The position numbers and the translations under genes were made by a program. A stretch of DNA of 64,000 nucleotides from an uncultured Candidatus Saccharibacteria bacterium (GTDB taxonomy: Bacteria; Patescibacteriota; Minisyncoccia; Phycocordibacterales; UBA9973). Under the pieces are notes generated by a model. It saw only the letters and a program-made list of their open reading frames with translations, was not told the origin of the DNA and ran no database searches. How positions within the stretch are numbered: position 1 is the first letter of the stretch; every line of letters begins with the position of its first letter. This document shows, piece after piece, positions 48,254 to 57,486 of this stretch. The DNA lies in the NCBI GenBank assembly GCA_964502615.1, contig CAZCXF010000003.1, forward strand, positions 8,962 through 72,961, written 5' to 3'.

Positions 48254-48324
48254 GCGGGATTGGTTTAGTGGTAGAACACGTCCTTGCCAAGGATGAGACA
48301 GGAGTTCGATTCTCCTATCCCGCA
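48254..48324 (+). tRNA. tRNA-Gly (anticodon GCC)
   Basis: Acceptor GCGGGAT/ATCCCGC, anticodon stem CGTCC/GGATG loop TTGCCAA, T-arm AGGAG-TTCGATT-CTCCT. Confidence 0.85.
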
Positions 48325-48594
48325 CAAAATATTTTCTATGTGTCCCAAAGTCTATATGTTCTTTATTAGTCTTTTATACACATTTAAAACCCTTTTAAAT
48401 TATAGCTTTTGTGGATAACTCTGTGGGCATTGTTCATAAAAGACACATAATATAACTAATTGAATTTATTTTTGTCTGTAAATATCCTTAATTTACAAGC
48501 TTTTTCTACAAAGACAGAGTAATATTGGTTTTTTATGTCCTATAAATAGCTTAGGTTTCACGTGAAACATATTAATAAGTTACACATGTAACGT

Positions 48595-48999
48595 ATGAAA
48601 AAATTCACCTCAGATTCACAAAAAATTGGCCAATTAGGCGAAGATATTGCTTGTAAGTTTCTCATGAAACACGATTTTATAATATTAGAACGAAATTATA
48701 CAAAAAAATGGGGCGAGATAGACATAATTGCTGAAAAGGATAAAAAAATATACTTTATAGAGGTAAAATCAGTTTCATGTGTAACCTTACCAGATTTTAA
48801 AGATGAAAACCCATTTATTAAACGACCAGAAGAGAATATGCATCCTTGGAAGCTTAAAAGACTATCAAAGACAATTCAAACTTACCTTATCCACAAAAGA
48901 ATAGGGAATACACCTTGGCAATTTGACTTACTGCTTGTATATATAGACTTAAAAAATAGAACAGCAAGAGTAAGAACTATTGAAAATATTATTTTATAA
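48595..48999 (+). CDS. YraN/UPF0102-family endonuclease-like protein
   Basis: IGQLGEDIACKFL...GEIDIIA...IYFIEVK pattern of the UPF0102 family. Confidence 0.7.
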   Translation: MKKFTSDSQKIGQLGEDIACKFLMKHDFIILERNYTKKWGEIDIIAEKDKKIYFIEVKSVSCVTLPDFKDENPFIKRPEENMHPWKLKRLSKTIQTYLIHKRIGNTPWQFDLLLVYIDLKNRTARVRTIENIIL

Positions 49000-49026
49000 A
49001 TAGTATATATAAGTTATACTTTATAA

Positions 49027-50673
49027 ATGAAAGAATGCCTGTATTGTAAGTCAAATTTTGATATTTCTGATAGAGAAAAGACTATGTACGAAAAAGTAGG
49101 TGTTTCTCAGCCGGATATCTGTTCTCACTGCAGATGGAAACAACACATGGCTTTTTGGCCGTTCGGTAAGTTTAGAGTAGGGAAGTCAGATTTGTCTGGT
49201 GAAAAGCTAATTACTGTGTTGCCTGAGAATCCAAGATATCCGGTGTATACATCAAAAGAATGGTGGAGTGATGCTTGGGATCCGATGGAATATGGACAAG
49301 ATTATGATTCAAGTCGTTCATTTTTTGATCAACTCAAAGAGCTTCAAGAAAAAGTTCCAAGGCCTCATCAACAAGGTGCACAGAGTGTTGGATGTGATTG
49401 GTGCGATGATACATGGGAATCAAAGAACTGCTATCTAAGCAGATCTGTTTTTGGTGCAGAAAATCTAATCTATGGTTACAGAGCAGTTAATTGTAAAGAC
49501 TCAATAGATATTTCTCACGTGTATGATTTAAATCAATGTTACGATTGCGTTTACTGTTTTAACTCGTACGAATTATTCTTCTCAAGAAACAGTAGAGATT
49601 GTATGAACAGCGCCTTTCTTTTTGATTGTAGAAACTGTAGTAACTGTTTTATGTGTTGGAACTTGAGAGGCAAATCTTATTGTATTTTAAATGTTCAATA
49701 TACAAAAGAAGAGTATTTAGAAAAAATTAAGCAGTTTGATTTTTCTTCAAATGAAAATCTCGAGCGATTAAGACTTCAATATCAAGAGATATTAAGGAAG
49801 GAAGTTGTTCATAGAGAGAATTTCAGCGTTAAAACATATGATTCTATTGGTAGCTATATGGCAGACTGTAAAAATTGTAATAATGTTTTTTTCTGGGAGA
49901 GTTCTGAGGATTGTATGAATTGTTTAAGAGGGCTTCGCTCTAAAGATTGTATAGATCTAACAGGGAACTGGATTATGGAATTATCTGGGAATAATAGTTG
50001 TTGCACTAATGGCTATCAACTCAAATATTCTATTTGGTGTGATGGGGCAAGATATTCGGAGTATTGTGATGAATGCTTGGAAATCGACTACTGTTTTGGT
50101 TGTGTAAGTTTACGTAAGAAAAAATATTGTATTTTAAATAAACAATATACAAAAGAAGAATATGAGGTTCTAAAAGAAAGAATAATTTCTGACATGAAAC
50201 AGAGAGGGGAGTATGGTAAATTCCCACCATACTCACTAGGTCTATGTCCTTATAATGTTTCTACGGCAGCGATCTACTTTCCAGAAGTAACAAAAGAATA
50301 TGTTTTAGAAAAAGGTGGTTATTGGGATGAAGAAGGGGGAGTTAAAATTGAAGGGATGGATACTAAGGATTTACCAGACTCAATTTATGATATCGGTGAA
50401 GATATATGCAAACAGCCTCTTATTTGTCCTGTAACTGGATGGAGATATAACATTTCTGTTGATGAACTTTCTTTTCTAAAAAGAAATAAAATCGCTATTC
50501 CAAGAGTGCACTTTGATGTGAGAACTAAAGAAAGAGTTATAACTACTAGTCCAACAAAAGGGGAACTATACCAGTGTTTTTACTGTAAAAAAGATATTAA
50601 TGCATATTATCCGAAAAGTTGGGGATATGAAAAAATTGCATGCGACGAGTGTTATTTAAGAGAAATCGCCTAG
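49027..50673 (+). CDS. cysteine-rich protein with internal duplication, unknown function
   Basis: About 50 Cys in CxxC/CxC pairs; repeated module ending K(S/K)YCILN(V/K)QYTKEEY appears twice. Confidence 0.35.
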   Translation: MKECLYCKSNFDISDREKTMYEKVGVSQPDICSHCRWKQHMAFWPFGKFRVGKSDLSGEKLITVLPENPRYPVYTSKEWWSDAWDPMEYGQDYDSSRSFFDQLKELQEKVPRPHQQGAQSVGCDWCDDTWESKNCYLSRSVFGAENLIYGYRAVNCKDSIDISHVYDLNQCYDCVYCFNSYELFFSRNSRDCMNSAFLFDCRNCSNCFMCWNLRGKSYCILNVQYTKEEYLEKIKQFDFSSNENLERLRLQYQEILRKEVVHRENFSVKTYDSIGSYMADCKNCNNVFFWESSEDCMNCLRGLRSKDCIDLTGNWIMELSGNNSCCTNGYQLKYSIWCDGARYSEYCDECLEIDYCFGCVSLRKKKYCILNKQYTKEEYEVLKERIISDMKQRGEYGKFPPYSLGLCPYNVSTAAIYFPEVTKEYVLEKGGYWDEEGGVKIEGMDTKDLPDSIYDIGEDICKQPLICPVTGWRYNISVDELSFLKRNKIAIPRVHFDVRTKERVITTSPTKGELYQCFYCKKDINAYYPKSWGYEKIACDECYLREIA

Positions 50674-50731
50674 ATCATATCAATTGTGTTTTATGCAAAA
50701 TATGCTAATATAGATGAGTGTTTTTCGTATT

Positions 50732-50804
50732 CGGGGTGTGGTGTAACGGCTAACATTCCTGTTTTGGGAACAGGCGACTCCGGGTTCGAATCCCGGCACC
50801 CCGA
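50732..50804 (+). tRNA. tRNA-Pro (anticodon TGG)
   Basis: Acceptor CGGGGTG/CACCCCG, anticodon stem CCTGT/ACAGG loop TTTGGGA, T-arm CCGGG-TTCGAAT-CCCGG. Confidence 0.85.
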
Positions 50805-50830
50805 CAAGCCGGATGAGAATTTTTAGTTAT

Positions 50831-50901
50831 GCGGGATTAGTTTAGTGGTAGAACTACAGTTTTCCAAACTGTTGGCAAGAGTTCGATTCTCTTATCCCGC
50901 A
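50831..50901 (+). tRNA. tRNA-Gly (anticodon TCC)
   Basis: Same acceptor/D/T arms as tRNA-Gly(GCC); anticodon stem ACAGT/ACTGT loop TTTCCAA. Confidence 0.85.
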
Positions 50902-50902
50902 C

Positions 50903-51625
50903 ATGCAATTTGTATTTATTTTCTTTACTTTTGTATCCACATTTTTAGGTGGCTTATTTGGACTAAAATTTAGAGATAAAATGCATCTAATCTTGGGTTT
51001 AACAGCTGGAATAATTCTAGGTGTTATTGTTTTTGATATATTTCCTGAAATTATAGAAATCACAGGATCTCTAGGGGTTGATCCAATATACCCAATGCTT
51101 TTTCTGATAATAGGATTTTTAATCTTTCACATCGCTGAAAAGTTATTGCTTGTTCACCATTCTCACGAAGATAACTATGGACCTCATACACACCCAACAG
51201 TAGGGAAGTTTCAAGCCCTAGCTTTGGCAGGACACTCATTCCTAGATGGAGTTGGAATTGGTCTTGGTTTTCAAATATCGAGTGCAACAGGTATATTTGT
51301 AGCTCTTGCTGTAATTGCTCACGACTTTGCAGATGGATTAAATACGGTTTCCCTAATGCTTCGTCATAAAAATAGCGATAAGCGAGCAATACAGTTTTTG
51401 TTTATCGATGCTCTTGCTCCAGTCTTAGGAGGGCTTTCAACTTTATTTTTTACATTATCTGAAAAGACTTTACTTGCTTATTTGGGATTTTTTGCGGGAT
51501 TCCTTCTTTATATTGGTGTTTCAGATATACTTCCTGAGGCTCATAGTAAAAATTCATCTCTTAAAACTGTTGGTATGACGGTACTAGGAATAATTTTAAT
51601 ATTTCTTGTTACCAGAGCTCTATAA
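50903..51625 (+). CDS. ZIP-family divalent metal transporter
   Basis: Polytopic; HSHEDNYGPHTHP His-rich loop and HDFADGL motif; start probably downstream (MHLILGL ~50975) because the ORF as drawn abuts the tRNA. Confidence 0.65.
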   Translation: MQFVFIFFTFVSTFLGGLFGLKFRDKMHLILGLTAGIILGVIVFDIFPEIIEITGSLGVDPIYPMLFLIIGFLIFHIAEKLLLVHHSHEDNYGPHTHPTVGKFQALALAGHSFLDGVGIGLGFQISSATGIFVALAVIAHDFADGLNTVSLMLRHKNSDKRAIQFLFIDALAPVLGGLSTLFFTLSEKTLLAYLGFFAGFLLYIGVSDILPEAHSKNSSLKTVGMTVLGIILIFLVTRAL

Positions 51626-51627
51626 AT

Positions 51628-51665
51628 AAAAAAACCGGATCACTTAAGATCCGGCTCCATTTTTG
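51628..51665. terminator. bidirectional intrinsic terminator between convergent ZIP and desaturase genes
   Basis: ccggatc-actta-gatccgg hairpin flanked by A7 upstream and T5 downstream. Confidence 0.7.
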
Positions 51666-51680
51666 TAATACAATAATTAA

Positions 51681-52760
51681 TTATGCAACCACTGGTTGTG
51701 AGTGATTTTTAACCCAGGCCATTTTGCAAAGATATGAAATATGGTCAATAAATACTCCGATGAACGTTTTGTATTCATTGTATTCCACATTAAACTCTCT
51801 ACAATGTTGCTTCAATATTTTTCGTACTCTGCGATAGTGTACATGTGATATATCCGGGAATAGGTGATGCTCAACTTGAAAGTTTAGTCCACCAAACAAA
51901 TGGAACCAAACGGGGTTCCATGTCCCAAAGTCTGCTGTTGTTTTTAATTGAAACACTGCCCATTCCATGTTTATGTTAGGATTACCTACATAAAACGTAG
52001 CTTTGTTTTGGACGTGTGCCATTTGAAAAACAATCGCTATGATAAATCCACATACAAACTCAAGTACGATAAATCCGAGGCCACCTTTTACAGAACCAAA
52101 CACAATCATAGGTAAGATTAAAGATTTGAATAGGTAAACAAGTTTACCAGCCCAAAAAAATATTTTCTGGTTTTTTGTCATCTGCTTTATTTTATGACCA
52201 CCAATTCTGCCAGTAAAATACTTGTAGATATCTTTAATTGCAAACCAGAAAAAATGAAGTACTCCATAAAGGATAAAAGCATAAAAAGGTTGAAAAATAT
52301 AAACAAAACGCCATTTTTGCCAAAACCCTAAACGCAGAGCACTATTTGTATCTACGTCATCATCTTCCGGTGTGTTGGTTACATGATGATGTATCACATT
52401 ATGCTTGGTCTTCCACATGAAACTACTAGCTCCCGAAGCATCAAACACCCAACTCATTATTTCATTCACGACTTCGTTTTTGCTATAGCTACCATGAGCT
52501 CCATCGTGGCCAATATTAAATCCTGCCAATCCCATGACCACTCCACTTGCTGCTCTGAACCATAAGTAGGTTGAGAGGGTCATTTGTGTAGTGTAGGGGT
52601 AAACATAAAGAAATATTGCCAGGAGTATGATGATACCTGTTTTGATGAATAGAACCAGGTTACCCTTAATCGAGATTCCTTTTTCTTCAAAGTAGGAATA
52701 AACTTTTGTCTTTAAAGAGCTGTAGAAAGGGGAGCCCTGACCCGTGGTTATCTTTATCAT
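51681..52760 (-). CDS. membrane-bound fatty-acid desaturase (three His-box type)
   Basis: HDGAHGS, HNVIHHHV and QVEHHLFP histidine boxes; multiple TM helices. Confidence 0.75.
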   Translation of the reverse strand: MIKITTGQGSPFYSSLKTKVYSYFEEKGISIKGNLVLFIKTGIIILLAIFLYVYPYTTQMTLSTYLWFRAASGVVMGLAGFNIGHDGAHGSYSKNEVVNEIMSWVFDASGASSFMWKTKHNVIHHHVTNTPEDDDVDTNSALRLGFWQKWRFVYIFQPFYAFILYGVLHFFWFAIKDIYKYFTGRIGGHKIKQMTKNQKIFFWAGKLVYLFKSLILPMIVFGSVKGGLGFIVLEFVCGFIIAIVFQMAHVQNKATFYVGNPNINMEWAVFQLKTTADFGTWNPVWFHLFGGLNFQVEHHLFPDISHVHYRRVRKILKQHCREFNVEYNEYKTFIGVFIDHISYLCKMAWVKNHSQPVVA

Positions 52761-52810
52761 ATTTATTTTTTTAAGAGTACAGGTTAAAGTTTCTTTTCAT
52801 CATAACACTT

Positions 52811-52843
52811 AAGTAGGTATTAAAAAACCACTCATGGATAGAA
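52811..52843 (-). terminator. hup terminator
   Basis: accactc...gagtggt hairpin followed by T6 on minus strand. Confidence 0.6.
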
Positions 52844-52872
52844 TAGAGTGGTCTTTCAATCTGTATAATATT

Positions 52873-53145
52873 TTATTTTACAGCGTCTTTTAGAGCTTTC
52901 GCTGCTCGGAACTTAGGAACTTTTGTTGCTGGAACTTTAACTTGTTCACCAGTCTTTGGGTTGCGAGCCATACGAGCTGCGCGTTGCTTGACTGAGAAGA
53001 TTCCAATTCCTGCTATTGATACCTCGCCACCTTTCTTCAAAGTAGAAACGATTGCATCAAACATTCCGTTCACAACTTCTTCAGCTTGTACTTTTGTACC
53101 GCCGATTTTGCCATGAACCCATTCTACTAATGCTTGTTTATTCAT
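52873..53145 (-). CDS. hup: HU-family DNA-binding protein
   Basis: 90 aa; GFGxF...RNPxTGE arm motif (GIGIFSVKQRAARMARNPKTGEQV). Confidence 0.85.
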   Translation of the reverse strand: MNKQALVEWVHGKIGGTKVQAEEVVNGMFDAIVSTLKKGGEVSIAGIGIFSVKQRAARMARNPKTGEQVKVPATKVPKFRAAKALKDAVK

Positions 53146-53329
53146 TTAATTATTTTTTTATAATCTCAAAAGAAATTATAAAAATTTTTCTGAATAATAT
53201 TCGACCGTTTTAGAAACGCGTTCCTTAAAATAGGAGTAATACTATTATATACCAAGGGTATTTTCACGCAAGCTCTAGTACTAAATTGACAAAATTATAA
53301 AAACATTGTAATTTTTTGTCATTTTCACT

Positions 53330-53644
53330 CTAATTTTCTCTATTTCCTAAGTAATCTGGGTGTACAAATCCTGTTCTGTCTTCTTTTAGAATCAACGGTT
53401 TTTTGTCTGGATTCTTTCTTCTCTCCTCAACTCGTCTTTTTAGAAAATTCATTGCTATTTCTTGAACTTCTTCTGAGCTAGTAAGTGCTTCGTAAATAAG
53501 ATCTTCGAGTTGGTCCCATGTAACATCTCCTATAAGGATTCTTTTTTCTATTTCTTCAAATTTTTTTAGATAAATTGCTTGTAGTTCAGGACTTTCTCCA
53601 GCTATTTTCTCTAATTTTGTCCTACCAATTTGATTCATATTCAT
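53330..53644 (-). CDS. hypothetical protein
   Basis: 104 aa; no motif recognised. Confidence 0.25.
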   Translation of the reverse strand: MNMNQIGRTKLEKIAGESPELQAIYLKKFEEIEKRILIGDVTWDQLEDLIYEALTSSEEVQEIAMNFLKRRVEERRKNPDKKPLILKEDRTGFVHPDYLGNREN

Positions 53645-53660
53645 ATAGCTTTAACTTATT

Positions 53661-55187
53661 TTACCTTGCAAATTCGACTATTCTATTCTCGCGGATCATG
53701 GTTACTTTTATTTCACCAGGGTAGGTGAGTTCTTGTTCTATTTTCTTTGCAATATCACGTGCCATATCTTTTGCTCCGATATCAGATACTTTCTCTGGGG
53801 TAACAAAGATTCTAATTTCACGTCCAGCAGACAGAGCGTAAGATTTTTCAACACCGTCGAAACTCTTAGCTAAGGCTTCAAGGTCTTGCAAGCGCTTAAT
53901 ATAATTCTCAACAGAGTCGCGTCGTGCACCAGGGCGCCCACCTGAGATCATGTCAGCTGTCTGTACTATAACAGCTTCTATAGTCTCGTGAGGAACATCG
54001 TCGTGGTGACTTTTCATTGCAGTTATAATTCTTGGGTCAGCTCCAAATTTCTGAAGGATACGAATACCAATATCTATGTGTGTACCTTGAACTTCATGGT
54101 CAAGTGCTTTACCAATGTCATGTACTAGAGCACCAGCCTTTGCGATTTGAATATCTGCTCCAAGTTCTTCGGCAAGCATTCCAGCGATGTGAGCCATCTC
54201 TATAGAGTGCTGTAGGACATTCTGCCCATAACTTGTACGGAAATACAAGCGTCCAACAATAGCTACTATTCTAGGGTCAAGATTGAATATTCCGCATTCA
54301 TATACTGCCTGGTCACCTTTTTCTTTAATTATTTTATTGATATCTTCTTGAGCTTTCAAAACAACCTCTTCAATTTTTGCTGGTTGAATACGGCCATCAA
54401 GGATAAGATTCTCAAGCGCAAGGCGAGCAACTTGTCTTCGAACTGGATCAAATGATGAGATTACAATTGCCCCTGGAGTTTCATCGATAATAAGTTCAAC
54501 CCCGGCTGCACGTTCAAAAGCACGAATATTTCTACCTTCCTTACCAATAATCTTACCCTTGATTTCATCGTTTGGAATATTTACTGAAGTCGTCATCATT
54601 TCGCTTGCAGTTGATGAAGCAAGGCGATTGATACTTGCAGAAAGTATATCTTTTGCTCTACGATCGAGTTTTTCAGTATTTGCTGTTTCCATCTTTTGCA
54701 TCCTAACAAGCAAATCTTCTTCATATCTATCTTCAATACTCTTGAAAAGAATATTTTTTGCATCCTCGACTGAAAGGTGAGCTATTTTCTCAAGCTCAGC
54801 TTCTTTTTCAGATTGCATATTTTCAACTCGTTCTTTTACTTTTTTAACTTCCTCAACTTTAATTTTTATATTCTCAACTTCACGATCAATTTCAACTTGG
54901 CGTGCATCTAGAAGCTCCTCCTTTTTTATAAGGCGATGTTCTGTCTGCTTCCACTCTTCTTCTTTTTTCTTACTTTCTAATTGCACTTCTTCAGCCTTCT
55001 CCTCAGCTTTCTTTTTAGCTTCGTCGAGAACTCTCTGTGCTTCTTCTTTTGCACCGAGCATGATCTGCTTGATTTCGAGTTCCATTGAACCCTTCTTACC
55101 AAGAGATATGATAAGGCGCAAATAATATCCAACGCCAACACCTGCAACTAGTGCAAGTACTGAAATTATTATTGCTGTTAATGACAT
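53661..55187 (-). CDS. rny: ribonuclease Y
   Basis: N-terminal TM, coiled-coil, KH domain, HD domain (HDIGK). Confidence 0.85.
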   Translation of the reverse strand: MSLTAIIISVLALVAGVGVGYYLRLIISLGKKGSMELEIKQIMLGAKEEAQRVLDEAKKKAEEKAEEVQLESKKKEEEWKQTEHRLIKKEELLDARQVEIDREVENIKIKVEEVKKVKERVENMQSEKEAELEKIAHLSVEDAKNILFKSIEDRYEEDLLVRMQKMETANTEKLDRRAKDILSASINRLASSTASEMMTTSVNIPNDEIKGKIIGKEGRNIRAFERAAGVELIIDETPGAIVISSFDPVRRQVARLALENLILDGRIQPAKIEEVVLKAQEDINKIIKEKGDQAVYECGIFNLDPRIVAIVGRLYFRTSYGQNVLQHSIEMAHIAGMLAEELGADIQIAKAGALVHDIGKALDHEVQGTHIDIGIRILQKFGADPRIITAMKSHHDDVPHETIEAVIVQTADMISGGRPGARRDSVENYIKRLQDLEALAKSFDGVEKSYALSAGREIRIFVTPEKVSDIGAKDMARDIAKKIEQELTYPGEIKVTMIRENRIVEFAR

Positions 55188-55411
55188 ATAAGTGACAATG
55201 TCACTTCTAAATACACGAGTCTTCTATAGACCTATTTTATATTCTGTATTCTTATGTAGCACGTTCACCAATATAAAACTTTTTTTCATAAGATTGTTTG
55301 GAATTTCTGTATCAGATAAGACTGTATTTTTGGAAGTAAACACTTACTAAACTGTTAAAATTCGATATACGTATAATACTAGAAATACTTGATTTTGTCG
55401 AGTTTGGTAAA

Positions 55412-56161
55412 TTATTTATTTCTTGGGAGAACTATATAAAAAGTAGTACCTAGATTTTCACCTTTAGAAATAGCATATATTTGCCCACTATGGCGATTGA
55501 TGATTTCTTTTGATGCATATAGTCCAAGACCCATGCCGTCAGTATTCATTTTTTTAGCACGCTCACCTCGATAGAAACGTTTGAATATGTTTTTCCTGTC
55601 TTTTCTTGAAAGCCCTATACCATCATCTTTTATTTTAAGTACCAGCTCTTTATTTTTTAGTTCGGCTTCGATATCTATACTACCGCCTTCTTTTGCATAT
55701 AAAATTGCATTTTCTATTATTACGTTTATAACAAACGAAATCTTTTTTGTATCAATAGTGAGGAGGGGTAGATTTACCAAAGAAGGAACTTTTAGTGAGA
55801 TTTTTTTATCATGAAGCAGTACACTATATTTTTTTAAAGCATCTTCTAAAATTTCACGCATTGAAACTGCTTTTAGGTCATAAGTTGAAGTATTTTGAAT
55901 ATCTTTTATACCAGCGACAATATCAACTAACTCGAGTAATCTGTTTACTGAGTTGTCTAGGTTTGTTATTATCTCGAGTTCATCTTTACGTGGCATGTCA
56001 GTTTTTATTGCGTCAGCCATCCATTTGATACGAGTGAGAGGAGTTCTAAAAGTGTGATTTACAATAGTAAGAAAAGTTTGCTCAGTAAAATCTCTACTGA
56101 ATTCTCTTTTAAGTAAATATAAAATAATGAGAACTAAAACAGTAATAATTATTATTTGCAT
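55412..56161 (-). CDS. small membrane-anchored sensor histidine kinase (orphan)
   Basis: H-box HTFRTPLT; HATPase G-boxes DDGIGL and GMGLGL; single N-terminal TM; no adjacent response regulator. Confidence 0.65.
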   Translation of the reverse strand: MQIIIITVLVLIILYLLKREFSRDFTEQTFLTIVNHTFRTPLTRIKWMADAIKTDMPRKDELEIITNLDNSVNRLLELVDIVAGIKDIQNTSTYDLKAVSMREILEDALKKYSVLLHDKKISLKVPSLVNLPLLTIDTKKISFVINVIIENAILYAKEGGSIDIEAELKNKELVLKIKDDGIGLSRKDRKNIFKRFYRGERAKKMNTDGMGLGLYASKEIINRHSGQIYAISKGENLGTTFYIVLPRNK

Positions 56162-56166
56162 TTTTA

Positions 56167-56751
56167 TTATTTTTTAGGTTTTGAAACTATATCGTCTATG
56201 ATTCCGTACTTCTTTGCTTCATCGCTTGTCATCCAGTAGTCGCGATCTGAATCTTTTTCTATTTGAGCTACTGTCTGTCCTGTATTTTTTGCAAGAATTT
56301 TATTTAATGTATCTTTTGTACGAAGAATATGTTTTGCGTTGATTGCGATATCTGATGCTTGACCTTCTGCGCCACCCATAACTTGGTGTATCATAACTTC
56401 AGAGTTTGGAAGAGCGAATCTTTTGCCTTTTGCGCCAGCAGAAAGAAGAACTGCACCCATAGAAGCAGCGATACCTACACATATAGTAGATACATCTGCT
56501 TTTACGAAACCCATAGTGTCTAGTATTGCGAGTCCTGCTGTAACTGAACCACCAGGGGAGTTGATATATAAGTATATGTCTTTCTTAGGATCTGTGTGAT
56601 CAAGATAAAGTAGCTGAGCAATTACAAGGTTTGCAGTGTGGTCGTCTATTGGACCACCAAGGAAAATTATGCGCTCATTTAGAAGGCGAGAGTATATATC
56701 GTACGCTCGTTCACCAAACTGTGATTTTTCTATAACTGTAGGGATTAACAT
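56167..56751 (-). CDS. clpP: ATP-dependent Clp protease proteolytic subunit
   Basis: ClpP signature incl. catalytic Ser context GIAASMGA and His/Asp downstream. Confidence 0.9.
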   Translation of the reverse strand: MLIPTVIEKSQFGERAYDIYSRLLNERIIFLGGPIDDHTANLVIAQLLYLDHTDPKKDIYLYINSPGGSVTAGLAILDTMGFVKADVSTICVGIAASMGAVLLSAGAKGKRFALPNSEVMIHQVMGGAEGQASDIAINAKHILRTKDTLNKILAKNTGQTVAQIEKDSDRDYWMTSDEAKKYGIIDDIVSKPKK

Positions 56752-56944
56752 GGGTTTAGTATAGCAAAATAAGGATATTGCGCCAATGTGAACCTACTTG
56801 ACATAGTATGATATTATATGGTATAATACAGTGAGAAATGATCTTTGAGAATATTGGCTTTTCATGAAGGTTTAGATTGTTGAATTGTATGGATCAATCT
56901 TGGTCCCTAGAAATCAACAATTTTAAACCACTCAATTTTATATC

Positions 56945-57400
56945 ATGAAAAAGTTATTAGTAATTTTAGCCGCAATTCCTTTCTTAACAAGCTGCACCAA
57001 AGAAAGCACGGACGAGTTCCTCCAAAACACCAACGTAACCTTCGGTTTTCAAATCGCTGGTGTTCCTGTCGTTCTGAGTTTTGGTAATGGAGCCACCGGG
57101 CTTTATTATCCCCAGTCCGGATATGGTTCTTATGTTTACGGAGGAAATTCAACTAACATGACAGCATGTTATGTTGTAAGTTCTCCTGCGAGCTCAGAAT
57201 CAGTACCCGTTTTTGACCGGACAGGTTTATCTATCGGAACAGTACGGTGTGACCAAGGGGTTGGATCAAATACAAATCAAATTTTTCTTTCTTTGAAAAA
57301 CTGGTTCGTACAACATCCAAACACTCCATGCATTGTTCTGGTTCGTTGGGATCCAAGACCGTTTACAACCGGGCGTTGGGAAGGAACAATCGTTGGTTAA
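56945..57400 (+). CDS. lipoprotein of unknown function, compositionally foreign (elevated GC)
   Basis: Lipobox LTSC after signal peptide; GC clearly above flanks; followed by hairpin + T9. Confidence 0.4.
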   Translation: MKKLLVILAAIPFLTSCTKESTDEFLQNTNVTFGFQIAGVPVVLSFGNGATGLYYPQSGYGSYVYGGNSTNMTACYVVSSPASSESVPVFDRTGLSIGTVRCDQGVGSNTNQIFLSLKNWFVQHPNTPCIVLVRWDPRPFTTGRWEGTIVG

Positions 57401-57435
57401 AAAATAATTTCAGCCAAGCAGTTAGTAAATAAAAG

Positions 57436-57474
57436 AAGCCCCAGGATCTATATCCATACGGGCTCTTTTTTTTT
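57436..57474 (+). terminator. rho-independent terminator
   Basis: gaagcccc...gggctc stem followed by T9. Confidence 0.55.
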
Positions 57475-57486
57475 GCACAAAATATT

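Noticed and set aside
50903-50975. ZIP transporter start codon drawn at 50903, one base after tRNA-Gly(TCC)
   Set aside because: Coding sequence abutting a tRNA 3' end without room for promoter/RBS is implausible; the real start is probably the downstream Met (MHLILGL). Kept the track coordinates but flagged.
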